Shown here: positions 10,110-18,736 of the stretch, piece after piece
How positions within the stretch are numbered: the first letter of the stretch is position 1
Layout: every line of letters begins with the position of its first letter
Notes under the pieces: model-generated
Told to the model about the DNA's origin: nothing
Databases searched by the model: none
What the model saw: the letters and a program-made list of their open reading frames with translations, nothing else
Sequence record: NC_047776.2
Origin: Escherichia phage ESCO5
Length of the DNA: 64,000 nt
Direction: 5' to 3' (one strand)
Made by a program: the position numbers and the translations under genes

Positions 10110-12782
10110 ATGTTTCCAATTCCAATATTTACTATTATGACCAGCACTGGTGTCGTTCCTCTGCCAGCAGGTATTGTTAAAAAAGTAATCACTCTAGATT
10201 ACCCAGATAATGCTGGCAATTCTAATAGCAGTTTAGCAATTTTGCTTAATGATGGTAGATTGTTTACTCAAGGCGCAAACCTTTTTGGTGAGATTGCAGA
10301 TGGAACTCGTAGTGCACGATTCAATAATTTCCACTTAGCTTCTACTGTAGTAGCGGATGTGTTTACCGCAGATCGTTGTTTTGTTATTAAAACTAACAGT
10401 GGGGGATGGCAATATTCAGGATTGACAGCAGGGTTGGTAGGATCTATAGCAGCAGGTGGTACGGATGCATGTGTAACTACTTGGACCAGCTTTCCATCTG
10501 TAATAACAGGGACTATCTCTTTAGCCAATCTTAAAGAGGTTAAGGGAGGATATAACAACACTCTCTGGTTGATGAATAGTGGTGTTCTTTATGGATCAGG
10601 TCAAAACACAGTAGGCAGTTTAGGTGCAAGTACTACTAACGAAGTTTCTACTCCTCGTCAGATAACAAGTGCAGCAGTTGCTTTTGATGCAGGTTACAAC
10701 CAATGCTCTTATGTCAACAATGTGGGAACCTTGCGTGTTTGTGGGGCTAGTAAAGGTTTAGCAGGTAATAATAACACAACAACAGCTTTTGTCAATGCCA
10801 AGATATCCGCTACTGAAACAGTGTATGTCAAAGATTACATCAATACAGTTTCCCAGACAATAGTTGTAGGAGATACCTCCGGTGGCACGGGTACAGTAAA
10901 CTACTTATATGTTAGATCTAATACAGAAACAACCTACACTAAACTGGACACCTTTGCAGCAGGTTTCTCAACATGGAAATTTCCACCAAGCCGCCACTCT
11001 TTTTTCGTTGGGATCAATAATTCCTTGTGGGCTATTGGTAAGAACTACACTGCAAACTTAGGTTTGGGGTATGATTCTGCGAGCGGAGATCCACTCCAAG
11101 TGGGAAAACCAGTTAAACCTGAAGGAGTGGGTTCCTGGGATATAAACAAGCTCACAAGCGTTCATACACTGAATATGGATGTTACTAACCAATTAGGTTA
11201 TCAAGGAACCTTTTTCGTTTATAATGGAGATATGTATTATTCAGGTATTTGGAAAGATGGGAAAGCCTCGTATCTGTTCAATAGTGGTCTAAACTATAAT
11301 AAATTCACACCAATAGCAAGCTCCGTGATTACAGGGGATGTTCTGGCAACTGGCTTAACTACAGATTCTTTAGGAATTTGTATTGTAGGTGGAACTAAAC
11401 AGTTGACACATTCTGTTAGCCCAGAAGGAGGTAAACTTTTCAATATTAAATACACTTCTTCTGCCCCTGCAAACATGACAATATCATCTACTGGTTTAAT
11501 GACTTTCCATGCAGAAGGTGGTTTTGATGCAGGTATGACAGCCTTAAACGCTGAAGGAACAATTTTATCAGATACCTCTGGAGGATATGCTTCAACATTG
11601 AGTGTTTACACCCCTAGCTTATCTGCGATGGATGTAGGAACAACACAAACAATGGTAGCAGAAATAACACCAACAGGAGCAGCAAGCTTACCTGATATGG
11701 TTGTTGAGTATACAACTACAGATCCTAATGTTGCTACAGTAGATCCTACAACTGGTGTAATAACTGGTGTTGGTGATGGTGGTTGTAGGATTGGTTGCAC
11801 AGCTACGTATCAAGGTGTTGTTACCGCTTCTGATAGTTCTTATTTAACGGTGAATGCTGTTGCGGGAAAGGAGTTAGCTCCATCTCCGAGTAGTAGTTTA
11901 ACGGTTCTAAACGGATATTTCAACCACTCGGCAGATGGGGCAATTACGTTCCCAACTTTATCGGGTACTGTTACACCAGCTAACTTTGTAGTTAAGGTGG
12001 ATGACGTTGTAGTTCCTTCAAGTAAAGTAATATTTAGAAACAAAGCTTTCTCTACAGTGGATAGTTATCCAGCAGGAGAATATAGACTGGCTATTGAATT
12101 TGCAAGTGCTTCAGTAGTTAATAGTGTGGAAGTGTCTATGGAAGCAAACCCAAGTCTTTTAGAACTTTGGGGCGGTAATAGAATCAGTTATTCTACAAGC
12201 CCAGCCTCACAATTCTTAAAAGGTTGTGCTAACTTAAGACGAATAACTTCTGATTGTTTTAGTAACACATCTTACACCGGAACATCTATAAGCGGTATCT
12301 TCTCTGGCTGCACAAGTTTGACAGCTATCCCTGAAGGATTATTCAGTGATGCTTTATTTCCTTCAATGACAACAATGTCAAGCACGTTTGAAGGTTGTAC
12401 ATCTTTAACATCTATTCCTTCAGATTTATTTAAGAATCTGTCAAAAGTTACAAGATATTCTTACACCTTTAAAGATTGCACCTCTCTTGCAGAAGTTCCA
12501 GCAGGAATGTTTGATAATATTCCAACGAAAGTGACCTCTTTAACAGCTACATTCCAAGGTTGTTTAGGACTTACAGATTTTAATAAGATCTTTAATGACA
12601 ACCCAGGGTTAACTGTTTGTGGTAAACGTGGAGCATTATCTTCTTTCTTTAGTGGATGCACAAATCTTACAGGAACAGGAACAACATTAACAAATACATT
12701 AGGCGGAGTAGCTAATAGTTACCTATTCAGGTATTGCACAAAACTTTCTGATTATAACAACATTCCTTCCGGTTATAAATAA
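10110..12782 (+). CDS. tail fibre with Ig-like segment and C-terminal leucine-rich repeats
   Basis: 890 aa; Big2-like stretch (TTDPNVATVDPTTGVITGV) and six repeats of F-x-G-C-T-S-L-T-x-I-P-x-x-L-F near the C-terminus. Confidence 0.6.
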   Translation: MFPIPIFTIMTSTGVVPLPAGIVKKVITLDYPDNAGNSNSSLAILLNDGRLFTQGANLFGEIADGTRSARFNNFHLASTVVADVFTADRCFVIKTNSGGWQYSGLTAGLVGSIAAGGTDACVTTWTSFPSVITGTISLANLKEVKGGYNNTLWLMNSGVLYGSGQNTVGSLGASTTNEVSTPRQITSAAVAFDAGYNQCSYVNNVGTLRVCGASKGLAGNNNTTTAFVNAKISATETVYVKDYINTVSQTIVVGDTSGGTGTVNYLYVRSNTETTYTKLDTFAAGFSTWKFPPSRHSFFVGINNSLWAIGKNYTANLGLGYDSASGDPLQVGKPVKPEGVGSWDINKLTSVHTLNMDVTNQLGYQGTFFVYNGDMYYSGIWKDGKASYLFNSGLNYNKFTPIASSVITGDVLATGLTTDSLGICIVGGTKQLTHSVSPEGGKLFNIKYTSSAPANMTISSTGLMTFHAEGGFDAGMTALNAEGTILSDTSGGYASTLSVYTPSLSAMDVGTTQTMVAEITPTGAASLPDMVVEYTTTDPNVATVDPTTGVITGVGDGGCRIGCTATYQGVVTASDSSYLTVNAVAGKELAPSPSSSLTVLNGYFNHSADGAITFPTLSGTVTPANFVVKVDDVVVPSSKVIFRNKAFSTVDSYPAGEYRLAIEFASASVVNSVEVSMEANPSLLELWGGNRISYSTSPASQFLKGCANLRRITSDCFSNTSYTGTSISGIFSGCTSLTAIPEGLFSDALFPSMTTMSSTFEGCTSLTSIPSDLFKNLSKVTRYSYTFKDCTSLAEVPAGMFDNIPTKVTSLTATFQGCLGLTDFNKIFNDNPGLTVCGKRGALSSFFSGCTNLTGTGTTLTNTLGGVANSYLFRYCTKLSDYNNIPSGYK

Positions 12783-12813
12783 GAAAAGGAGCCATTTGGC
12801 TCCTTTCTTTTAT
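12781..12813. terminator. bidirectional rho-independent terminator between convergent gene blocks
   Basis: aggagcc-attt-ggctcct hairpin flanked by an A-run upstream and a T-run downstream, between the + fibre genes and the - replication block. Confidence 0.6.
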
Positions 12814-12838
12814 AAAAACTCTTTATAAATCAATAAGA

Positions 12839-13726
12839 TCAGAACGGAATATCATCATCGAAGTCCATCGGAGGTTCTTCTTGATTACTTGGAGTTGGTT
12901 CTGGTTGTGGTTCAGGCTTTTTAACTTCTTTCTTCTCTTCTTTCTTAGGTTGTTCTGCGGAACCACGAATGGCAGCAGCAACTTTATCAGACAGAGCCAG
13001 AACTTTACGAGCAGAATCAATCAGATCTTCTACAGATACAGTCTTAATGGTATGGTCTTTACAAGCATTAAGGATAGCGTGACCAACAGATGCCCCAAGA
13101 TCATAATCATTAATATCAACGCCACGAGATTCAGCAATTTCAGATTTCAGCGTGACAGTTGCAGATTGAACAACCCCAGCGATATCGAAAGCATCGCCTT
13201 TAACACCATTACGAATCAGTTCCAGTGCACCATTTACTGCGTGACCAGTTTCCAGACCTACAGTATCACGTTTTTTATAGGACTGTTTAGGAGCAGCATC
13301 GTTGGAACCTTTATTGCCAGAAGATTTGTTAGACTTCTGAACACCATCGGTAGACAATACTGTAATACGAGATTTTTTAGTATTGTAGTAAGTTTTACCG
13401 CCTTTATTATCAACGCGATCAATATCAATACTTACTTCTACACCTTTTTCAATAGTGATCCAGTTATCACCTTCTTTGACTTGCAGGTTTTCATAACCTT
13501 CTTTCAGTTCAATGTCACCAAGAGAAATCCAAACACCTTTCTCCTCTGGTTTAGCACCTTTCTCTTTCAGAACAAGAGAAGCTCGGTGAGTTGAAACAAT
13601 CGTTTTTCCTTCCCAATGAAAAGTTTTAGGTTCAGCGAATTTATCCAGTTTAACGTAGTCTACGATACCAGTTGCATAAGTTACGGTTTTGCCTTTACGA
13701 TCAGTTTCAGTATTAATTACGGACAT
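12839..13726 (-). CDS. putative ssDNA-binding protein with E. coli SSB-like acidic C-terminal tail
   Basis: 295 aa; Pro/Glu/Lys-rich linker and C-terminus ...MDFDDDIPF, identical in its last six residues to the E. coli SSB tail; sits at the start of the replication block. Confidence 0.55.
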   Translation of the reverse strand: MSVINTETDRKGKTVTYATGIVDYVKLDKFAEPKTFHWEGKTIVSTHRASLVLKEKGAKPEEKGVWISLGDIELKEGYENLQVKEGDNWITIEKGVEVSIDIDRVDNKGGKTYYNTKKSRITVLSTDGVQKSNKSSGNKGSNDAAPKQSYKKRDTVGLETGHAVNGALELIRNGVKGDAFDIAGVVQSATVTLKSEIAESRGVDINDYDLGASVGHAILNACKDHTIKTVSVEDLIDSARKVLALSDKVAAAIRGSAEQPKKEEKKEVKKPEPQPEPTPSNQEEPPMDFDDDIPF

Positions 13727-13742
13727 TATTATCTCCTCTATA

Positions 13743-14135
13743 TTACATTAATTTTGCACAGAAAGAGCGGAGTCTTTCCATATCATCTTGCTCTAACAGG
13801 TATTTACCTTTACCTATTCCAACTCCAATTTCACCGTTAGGGAAATGAACTATTTGCACTGGAAAACCTCCGAGTTTAATTGTGGCAGCTTTGCCTTCTT
13901 CGTCTATAACGTTTCGGATTGTATCTTGCAGTGAAATGAATTCTTTGTTTGTAACAGTGGCTTCAATTATTTCAGAGGTTTCAACACGAGCCGTTAGCTT
14001 CTTGTCTCCACCTTGAATAATCAAAATTTGAAAATAAAAAGAGTTGTCAAGACCTACAACATTTTTCTCAACTAGTGTCAAACTGGTATAATTTCCATAA
14101 ACAGTTTCAACAGCTATTTTAGAACGTTCAGTCAT
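13743..14135 (-). CDS. hypothetical protein
   Basis: 130-aa ORF, same strand and tight spacing with neighbours. Confidence 0.5.
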   Translation of the reverse strand: MTERSKIAVETVYGNYTSLTLVEKNVVGLDNSFYFQILIIQGGDKKLTARVETSEIIEATVTNKEFISLQDTIRNVIDEEGKAATIKLGGFPVQIVHFPNGEIGVGIGKGKYLLEQDDMERLRSFCAKLM

Positions 14136-14180
14136 TGAATGCTATCCTATCATAAAATGTTTAATATTGTCAAGCTTTAA

Positions 14181-14774
14181 TTACCAAGGAATATCTTCTT
14201 CTTCCAATTTGGTATCTACTTGAGGTGGACGTGGAACCTTAACCTCTTTAACAAAACGAAGATATGGAAAACGTGTAGCGATTTTAATAACATGTTTGGC
14301 ATCTTCTCTAACATCTTTGTGCAAGAAGCAGATCCCTGTTTCCAAAGTTGTTTCAAAATCTTTAGAGTAATAACAATCCTTTCCATCAAATGCAGCCTGG
14401 CAGATGGACAGATCAAACTCATTCAGAAAGGTTGTCATTACATTTGGGTCCATAATCATAAGGTTGCAAAGCTGACCGTCACGTTCAAATTCAAAAACGT
14501 GTTTAAGACCAGTAACACCCTCGTAGTTATCAGAAGCCTCTTTGTTTCCTAGCTTACGAACATTAGTTCCCATTAAAGCAGATGCAATTAGTTCTTGTAT
14601 TTGCTCTTCTGATCGATGTGCAGGAAGTGACGTATAGAAATCCAGATCACGTCCAGCAATATCAAGAATACGCCAATCACGAACAGCACCGCCAGCCAAG
14701 ACAGAATTAGGATCAGCGATCTTTAAGACAGTAAGAATTTCTTTGGCAATGTTGATTTGTTTTGATTTAGTCAT
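14181..14774 (-). CDS. nucleotidyltransferase (CCA-adding-enzyme-like head domain) with SSB-tail-like C-terminus
   Basis: 197 aa; GGAVRD...RDLDF matches the pol-beta-type nucleotidyltransferase hG[GS]...DxD signature of CCA/poly(A) enzymes; C-terminus EEEDIPW resembles the SSB tail. Confidence 0.5.
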   Translation of the reverse strand: MTKSKQINIAKEILTVLKIADPNSVLAGGAVRDWRILDIAGRDLDFYTSLPAHRSEEQIQELIASALMGTNVRKLGNKEASDNYEGVTGLKHVFEFERDGQLCNLMIMDPNVMTTFLNEFDLSICQAAFDGKDCYYSKDFETTLETGICFLHKDVREDAKHVIKIATRFPYLRFVKEVKVPRPPQVDTKLEEEDIPW

Positions 14775-14985
14775 TGATACGCTCCACAGTTACTTTAACA
14801 ATATCGTCCATATTAATCTCATCTCCCAAGACTTCAATAACACCTTCCTCATAAAGTCGAGCACATTCTTCCCATACTTCTGCTTCCGTCATTCCACCTT
14901 CAATCTTATTTGCAAGACCTTTAATAACATCTTCATTTTGTTCATCAATAAGAATTGAAACATTAAAGCTCACTAGTTTACGCAT
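14767..14985 (-). CDS. hypothetical acidic protein
   Basis: 72-aa ORF; start overlaps the upstream stop. Confidence 0.45.
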   Translation of the reverse strand: MRKLVSFNVSILIDEQNEDVIKGLANKIEGGMTEAEVWEECARLYEEGVIEVLGDEINMDDIVKVTVERIND

Positions 14986-14995
14986 TGTTTTCTCC

Positions 14996-15163
14996 TTATA
15001 CCTCTAAACGGAAAGTTTCTTTAGATACAAAATCGTATCCACCTTTTTCAAGCCAGTCATTGTAAACCTCATCAGCTTGAGACTCTATCATAAAATACCG
15101 AGTGGTAATTTCGTCTCCGACAATACGCACAATTTTATAGCAAATCATGATACCATTTCCCAT
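14996..15163 (-). CDS. hypothetical small protein (below the ORF-track cutoff)
   Basis: 55 codons; GGAGG 7 nt upstream of the ATG; TAATG overlap with the upstream gene stop. Confidence 0.3.
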   Translation of the reverse strand: MGNGIMICYKIVRIVGDEITTRYFMIESQADEVYNDWLEKGGYDFVSKETFRLEV

Positions 15164-15354
15164 TAATCTTCCTCCAGATCAATTTCATTATAGCAATGTA
15201 TGCAGTAGCCATCGTTGTGCATATGTTGTTCATAAGACATATCTTTACCACAAGACCAACAACGAATATCGCCATCGTCCCATTCACGTTCTTCTTCGCC
15301 TTCAAATGCATCTGGTAGGTAAGGCATACCAAGACAATCTAAATCGTAATGCAT
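15163..15354 (-). CDS. small zinc-ribbon protein
   Basis: 63 aa from the ATG preceded by AGGAGG (track ORF starts further upstream inside the polymerase gene); CxxC...CxxC pairs (CWSCG, CIHC). Confidence 0.45.
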   Translation of the reverse strand: MHYDLDCLGMPYLPDAFEGEEEREWDDGDIRCWSCGKDMSYEQHMHNDGYCIHCYNEIDLEED

Positions 15355-15367
15355 ATCTCCTCCTATA

Positions 15368-15385
15368 AAGGGGCAGAAGCCCCTT
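15368..15385 (-). terminator. intergenic GC hairpin after the polymerase gene (weak terminator or processing site)
   Basis: aaggggcttctgcccctt hairpin on the - strand followed by ttataggagg, then the next RBS. Confidence 0.3.
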
Positions 15386-15403
15386 ATAAAACAATATGTT
15401 AGA

Positions 15404-18400
15404 TCAATGACAGGATGCCCAGGAATTACCCACGTCATATCCGGCAGTAAGCTGAACGTTAAGATTGTAAAATTCTCCAGCCTTAGTAACAGCTAAAGCA
15501 GCAAGTTCACCTGCCCGACTATAAGCTGTAAACCATCCACCTTTGGGAGATTCATGAATGTTAGCCCAAATTTGCCCTGTCTCTTTTTCCTTATTATGCT
15601 TCCATTCTTCAACTTTAGCAAGGCATTCTTTATCAATTTTCTTTTGTTCTTCAGGATCGTCTACTTTCTTCCAACCTAATGATTCAGGTGAAAACCATTT
15701 GAATTCTACAAGGTTACGAGAAACTTCAAGCTGGGCTTCATCGTGGTATGCAATCATTTGTTGCACGAAGTCTTTATTCTTCCAGTCATCTTTAAAGAAG
15801 TCAACACTTAGTCCTTCTTCTTCGATCATATCGTCATAAATAACCATTGCACGTTTAGCACAGATAACCCCACCACTTTGGAACAGAGAGTTAAGAATCG
15901 CGTGAGCAGAACGAGTAGGAACCTTACGACCGTCAATACCCAAAACATACTGTTTACCAGTCTTAACCCAGAAATCGTTTAAACGTTCTTTAAGACGCGC
16001 CAGTGGGAATGCAGCTTCCCAGAAAGCATCGAACACCAGTTGCCCTGTAAACTTATCGCTACCAATTGTTTTAGCAACCTTGTCGGCTTGTGCACCATAG
16101 GTAATACCATACTTAACAGATTTAGCAGGACTACGTTCAAATTTACGTCCAATAGTTTCAGTGATACGTTTTGCCATCATGGTATGAACATCGTTAGGCT
16201 TCTCTAACAAGAGAGCGTTACAGTATTCATGAGGCTCCGGTTCGTAGCGCCAACAGTTTCCTGTGATGGTAATGCAGTCTTTCTGACGCATGACCCACGT
16301 ACCAAGTTCTGTTTGTGGACACCAAACATCCTCTACACCCCACTCTTCAATAGTCAAACTTTGAACAGGAATGTGAGAGCGGTTAGCCAATGTTACCACT
16401 TTTACTTTCTGCTCTTTTGTATTGAAAGCTACAGAGATATTGCCTCCATGCACCAGGTACGAGGCAGTTAAAGCTGCTTCAAAAAGTTCACCTGGGTTCT
16501 GCGCCCAACGCCAAACAGGTTTTTGTTTATGTTCATGCCAGTAACCATCTGCAATCAAGAAACCTTCCAAGAAAGCTACACGCTCGGCATGAGACATATT
16601 AACTACACGCTCTACCCACGGAACATCCCATTTACCTTGTTGAACAGAAGTTAAACTATTTACCTGATCTTGTTCCATGTTAAATGGAGCATTACAAATA
16701 ATATTATCTCCTGTGCAAAGCTCGGCAGTTGTTCTGACTTTAGGCACATAAGTATTCCCTTTACTACGGGTATTAACATACCAACGGTGATCTGCTGTTG
16801 CACGGTAAGTGTGTGATTTCCCTTTAATCTCAAACGTCTTACTATTTTTATAGAAGACCTTACCTTTTACTTTAGTCCATTCTTTCAGACCTGTTTCAGC
16901 ATTGTACCCTAAAATCTCATCCCCTTCCTTCAGGTCGTGATATCCTACCCAACCTTTACGAGTCAAAGCTTGAGCATCCATCGGCACACAGTAATGCGAC
17001 TCAATCTTTGCTTCCAAAGAGTCGAAGTCATAACCGATCTGGAAATATTTAGGAACTTCTACACCAAACAAGTTACGCATCTCCCATCCAAACAAAGATG
17101 TGACACGAGGGATATTGGCTACAGACCTATGCTTCATACGAGAGGTTGCAGCATCACATGTAGCGGCTGGGGTAGGAATACGCCCATCTGCCCTTACTGC
17201 GGCTAAGAAACCTTTATCGTATTCTTGATCTTCTTCATCTTCTTCCCAATCAGCACCGCCACCTAAAATAGAGTTCCTACGATGCTTATACGTTAAGTAT
17301 TCTACAATCTGAGTAGCATAAGGAAATTTCTCACCCAAAGCTTGCAGGTTAGGACAGATTTCTTTTTCCTGACCTTTGGTAAAACATGGGTTAGTCAATA
17401 CTTTAAGACCGCGACCTTTACCTTTTGCTATACGCTCTTGAATCTTCCTTTCCAAGGTTTCCGGTGCGCACTCCAGATGATCACAACGGTCCTGACAAAA
17501 ATTAGAAGATAAAGTTTGCTCAACGTAAGCTCGAATACCTTTCTGAAGTTCTTCCTCACTCTTTTTAATCTTGGTGCCAGATTTAAGAGTCAAATCTTTA
17601 TCTTTATATTCCGATGGTACCCAACCTAATCCTACAAGCCAGTTTTTAATATGGGTTGTATCGTTCAATGTCGCAGGGATGTTAGGATCACACAGAGGCT
17701 CATCTGCTGCAACTGGCAGTTTCCACTCTTTCCCCAACATAACTAACCACCAATCGCCATCCCTCTCTTCCAAATGACCATCATGTTTTTTAGCAAAATT
17801 GATCATATGGTTAGTTGGTTCGAGGTTCTTTTTAATTTGCAATTTAGGCGGAATAAAAGCTTTAAGATAACCTTTTGTTGCTGGTTTAGGTGGCAAAATA
17901 GGCTCAACGAGTAAACGAAGACGCTCCATTTCTGCATCCAAAAAAGCAAGGTTCTCTTCTGCTTGCTTCATATTAAAAGCAAACCCACGGTGTTCCTGGC
18001 GCGTGATAATGTCTGCTACACGTTGTTCAAGTTCAAATGGACCTTCCCATTTATCATAATCACCCCATTCTTCCATAAGGTAGTTATATACGCTCGTATT
18101 GGCTTTGTTGTCATAGATACAGTAATAAAGCATATCCGCAGCAAAAGTCTTAAATCGATCTTCTTCTGGAATCTCTTTACGGAAATCTATTTTTACATCA
18201 CCACCTGCTTTTCGAGAAAGTGCTGCCAAGCTATGTCCTGATTTGCCCTCAATCTTTCGATCTGGGTTTAACACTTTACTCAAAATCAAGGAGTCAATAA
18301 GTTTTACCTTATTTTTGCCCCACGTATTATATTTAACACTGTAATCTAATCCATAAAACAGTTTTGTAGCCAACCAGTCGTAGTTGATACCGTTGTGAGC

Positions 18401-18736
18401 CACAGCCATTTCAACCAGATATTCAGGCTTGTCTTTAAAATAACCTTCATGATTAATAAAGTCTGGGAAATCTTTTAGTTGAAAATGCGTGTAATCTTGC
18501 GCCACATACTCTTTAAGAACATATGTATATTTACCATCTGACTCTTCATAAGGACGCCCATCAAAGATGTATTTAGGGCCATCGTGGAAAGCTACTATTT
18601 CTCCTGTTTCATGGTTCTCTAAGACAATACAGTGCATTTGAAATGTGTCTTTGAGACGATAAGGACTAGCTAAATAATCAATAGTGTCATTATTCAACAA
18701 TCCGTTTGCTTCAATATCCCATGTAAACTTACTCAC
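15404..18736 (-). CDS. DNA polymerase, family A, with 3'-5' exonuclease domain and an intein-like insertion
   Basis: 1110 aa; GTG start after AGGAGG. Exo I motif DIEANG; motif A DFDSLEAKIESHY; motif B AKSVKYGITYGAQ; motif C YHDEAQLEV; about 245 extra residues between motifs A and B. Confidence 0.85.
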   Translation of the reverse strand: MSKFTWDIEANGLLNNDTIDYLASPYRLKDTFQMHCIVLENHETGEIVAFHDGPKYIFDGRPYEESDGKYTYVLKEYVAQDYTHFQLKDFPDFINHEGYFKDKPEYLVEMAVAHNGINYDWLATKLFYGLDYSVKYNTWGKNKVKLIDSLILSKVLNPDRKIEGKSGHSLAALSRKAGGDVKIDFRKEIPEEDRFKTFAADMLYYCIYDNKANTSVYNYLMEEWGDYDKWEGPFELEQRVADIITRQEHRGFAFNMKQAEENLAFLDAEMERLRLLVEPILPPKPATKGYLKAFIPPKLQIKKNLEPTNHMINFAKKHDGHLEERDGDWWLVMLGKEWKLPVAADEPLCDPNIPATLNDTTHIKNWLVGLGWVPSEYKDKDLTLKSGTKIKKSEEELQKGIRAYVEQTLSSNFCQDRCDHLECAPETLERKIQERIAKGKGRGLKVLTNPCFTKGQEKEICPNLQALGEKFPYATQIVEYLTYKHRRNSILGGGADWEEDEEDQEYDKGFLAAVRADGRIPTPAATCDAATSRMKHRSVANIPRVTSLFGWEMRNLFGVEVPKYFQIGYDFDSLEAKIESHYCVPMDAQALTRKGWVGYHDLKEGDEILGYNAETGLKEWTKVKGKVFYKNSKTFEIKGKSHTYRATADHRWYVNTRSKGNTYVPKVRTTAELCTGDNIICNAPFNMEQDQVNSLTSVQQGKWDVPWVERVVNMSHAERVAFLEGFLIADGYWHEHKQKPVWRWAQNPGELFEAALTASYLVHGGNISVAFNTKEQKVKVVTLANRSHIPVQSLTIEEWGVEDVWCPQTELGTWVMRQKDCITITGNCWRYEPEPHEYCNALLLEKPNDVHTMMAKRITETIGRKFERSPAKSVKYGITYGAQADKVAKTIGSDKFTGQLVFDAFWEAAFPLARLKERLNDFWVKTGKQYVLGIDGRKVPTRSAHAILNSLFQSGGVICAKRAMVIYDDMIEEEGLSVDFFKDDWKNKDFVQQMIAYHDEAQLEVSRNLVEFKWFSPESLGWKKVDDPEEQKKIDKECLAKVEEWKHNKEKETGQIWANIHESPKGGWFTAYSRAGELAALAVTKAGEFYNLNVQLTAGYDVGNSWASCH
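16256..16990 (-). mobile_element. putative intein (Hint domain with LAGLIDADG-like remnant) inside the DNA polymerase
   Basis: Insertion starts with Cys right after motif A (SHY|CVPMD) and ends ...ITGN|CWRY (Asn then +1 Cys); contains a TxxH block (RATADH) and a LAGLIDADG-like motif (FLEGFLIADGYW). Flanks rejoin as a normal family A motif A-to-B spacing. Confidence 0.45.

Noticed and set aside
12881-13594. 237-aa + strand ORF antisense to the SSB-like gene, and similar long antisense ORFs (39709-40545 +, 35904-36422 +, 24190-24717 +, 26726-27121 +, 6462-6833 -, 9316-9651 -).
   Set aside because: They lie wholly inside better-supported genes on the opposite strand, have low-complexity or Cys/Phe/Arg-rich products and lack RBS; treated as non-coding shadows.
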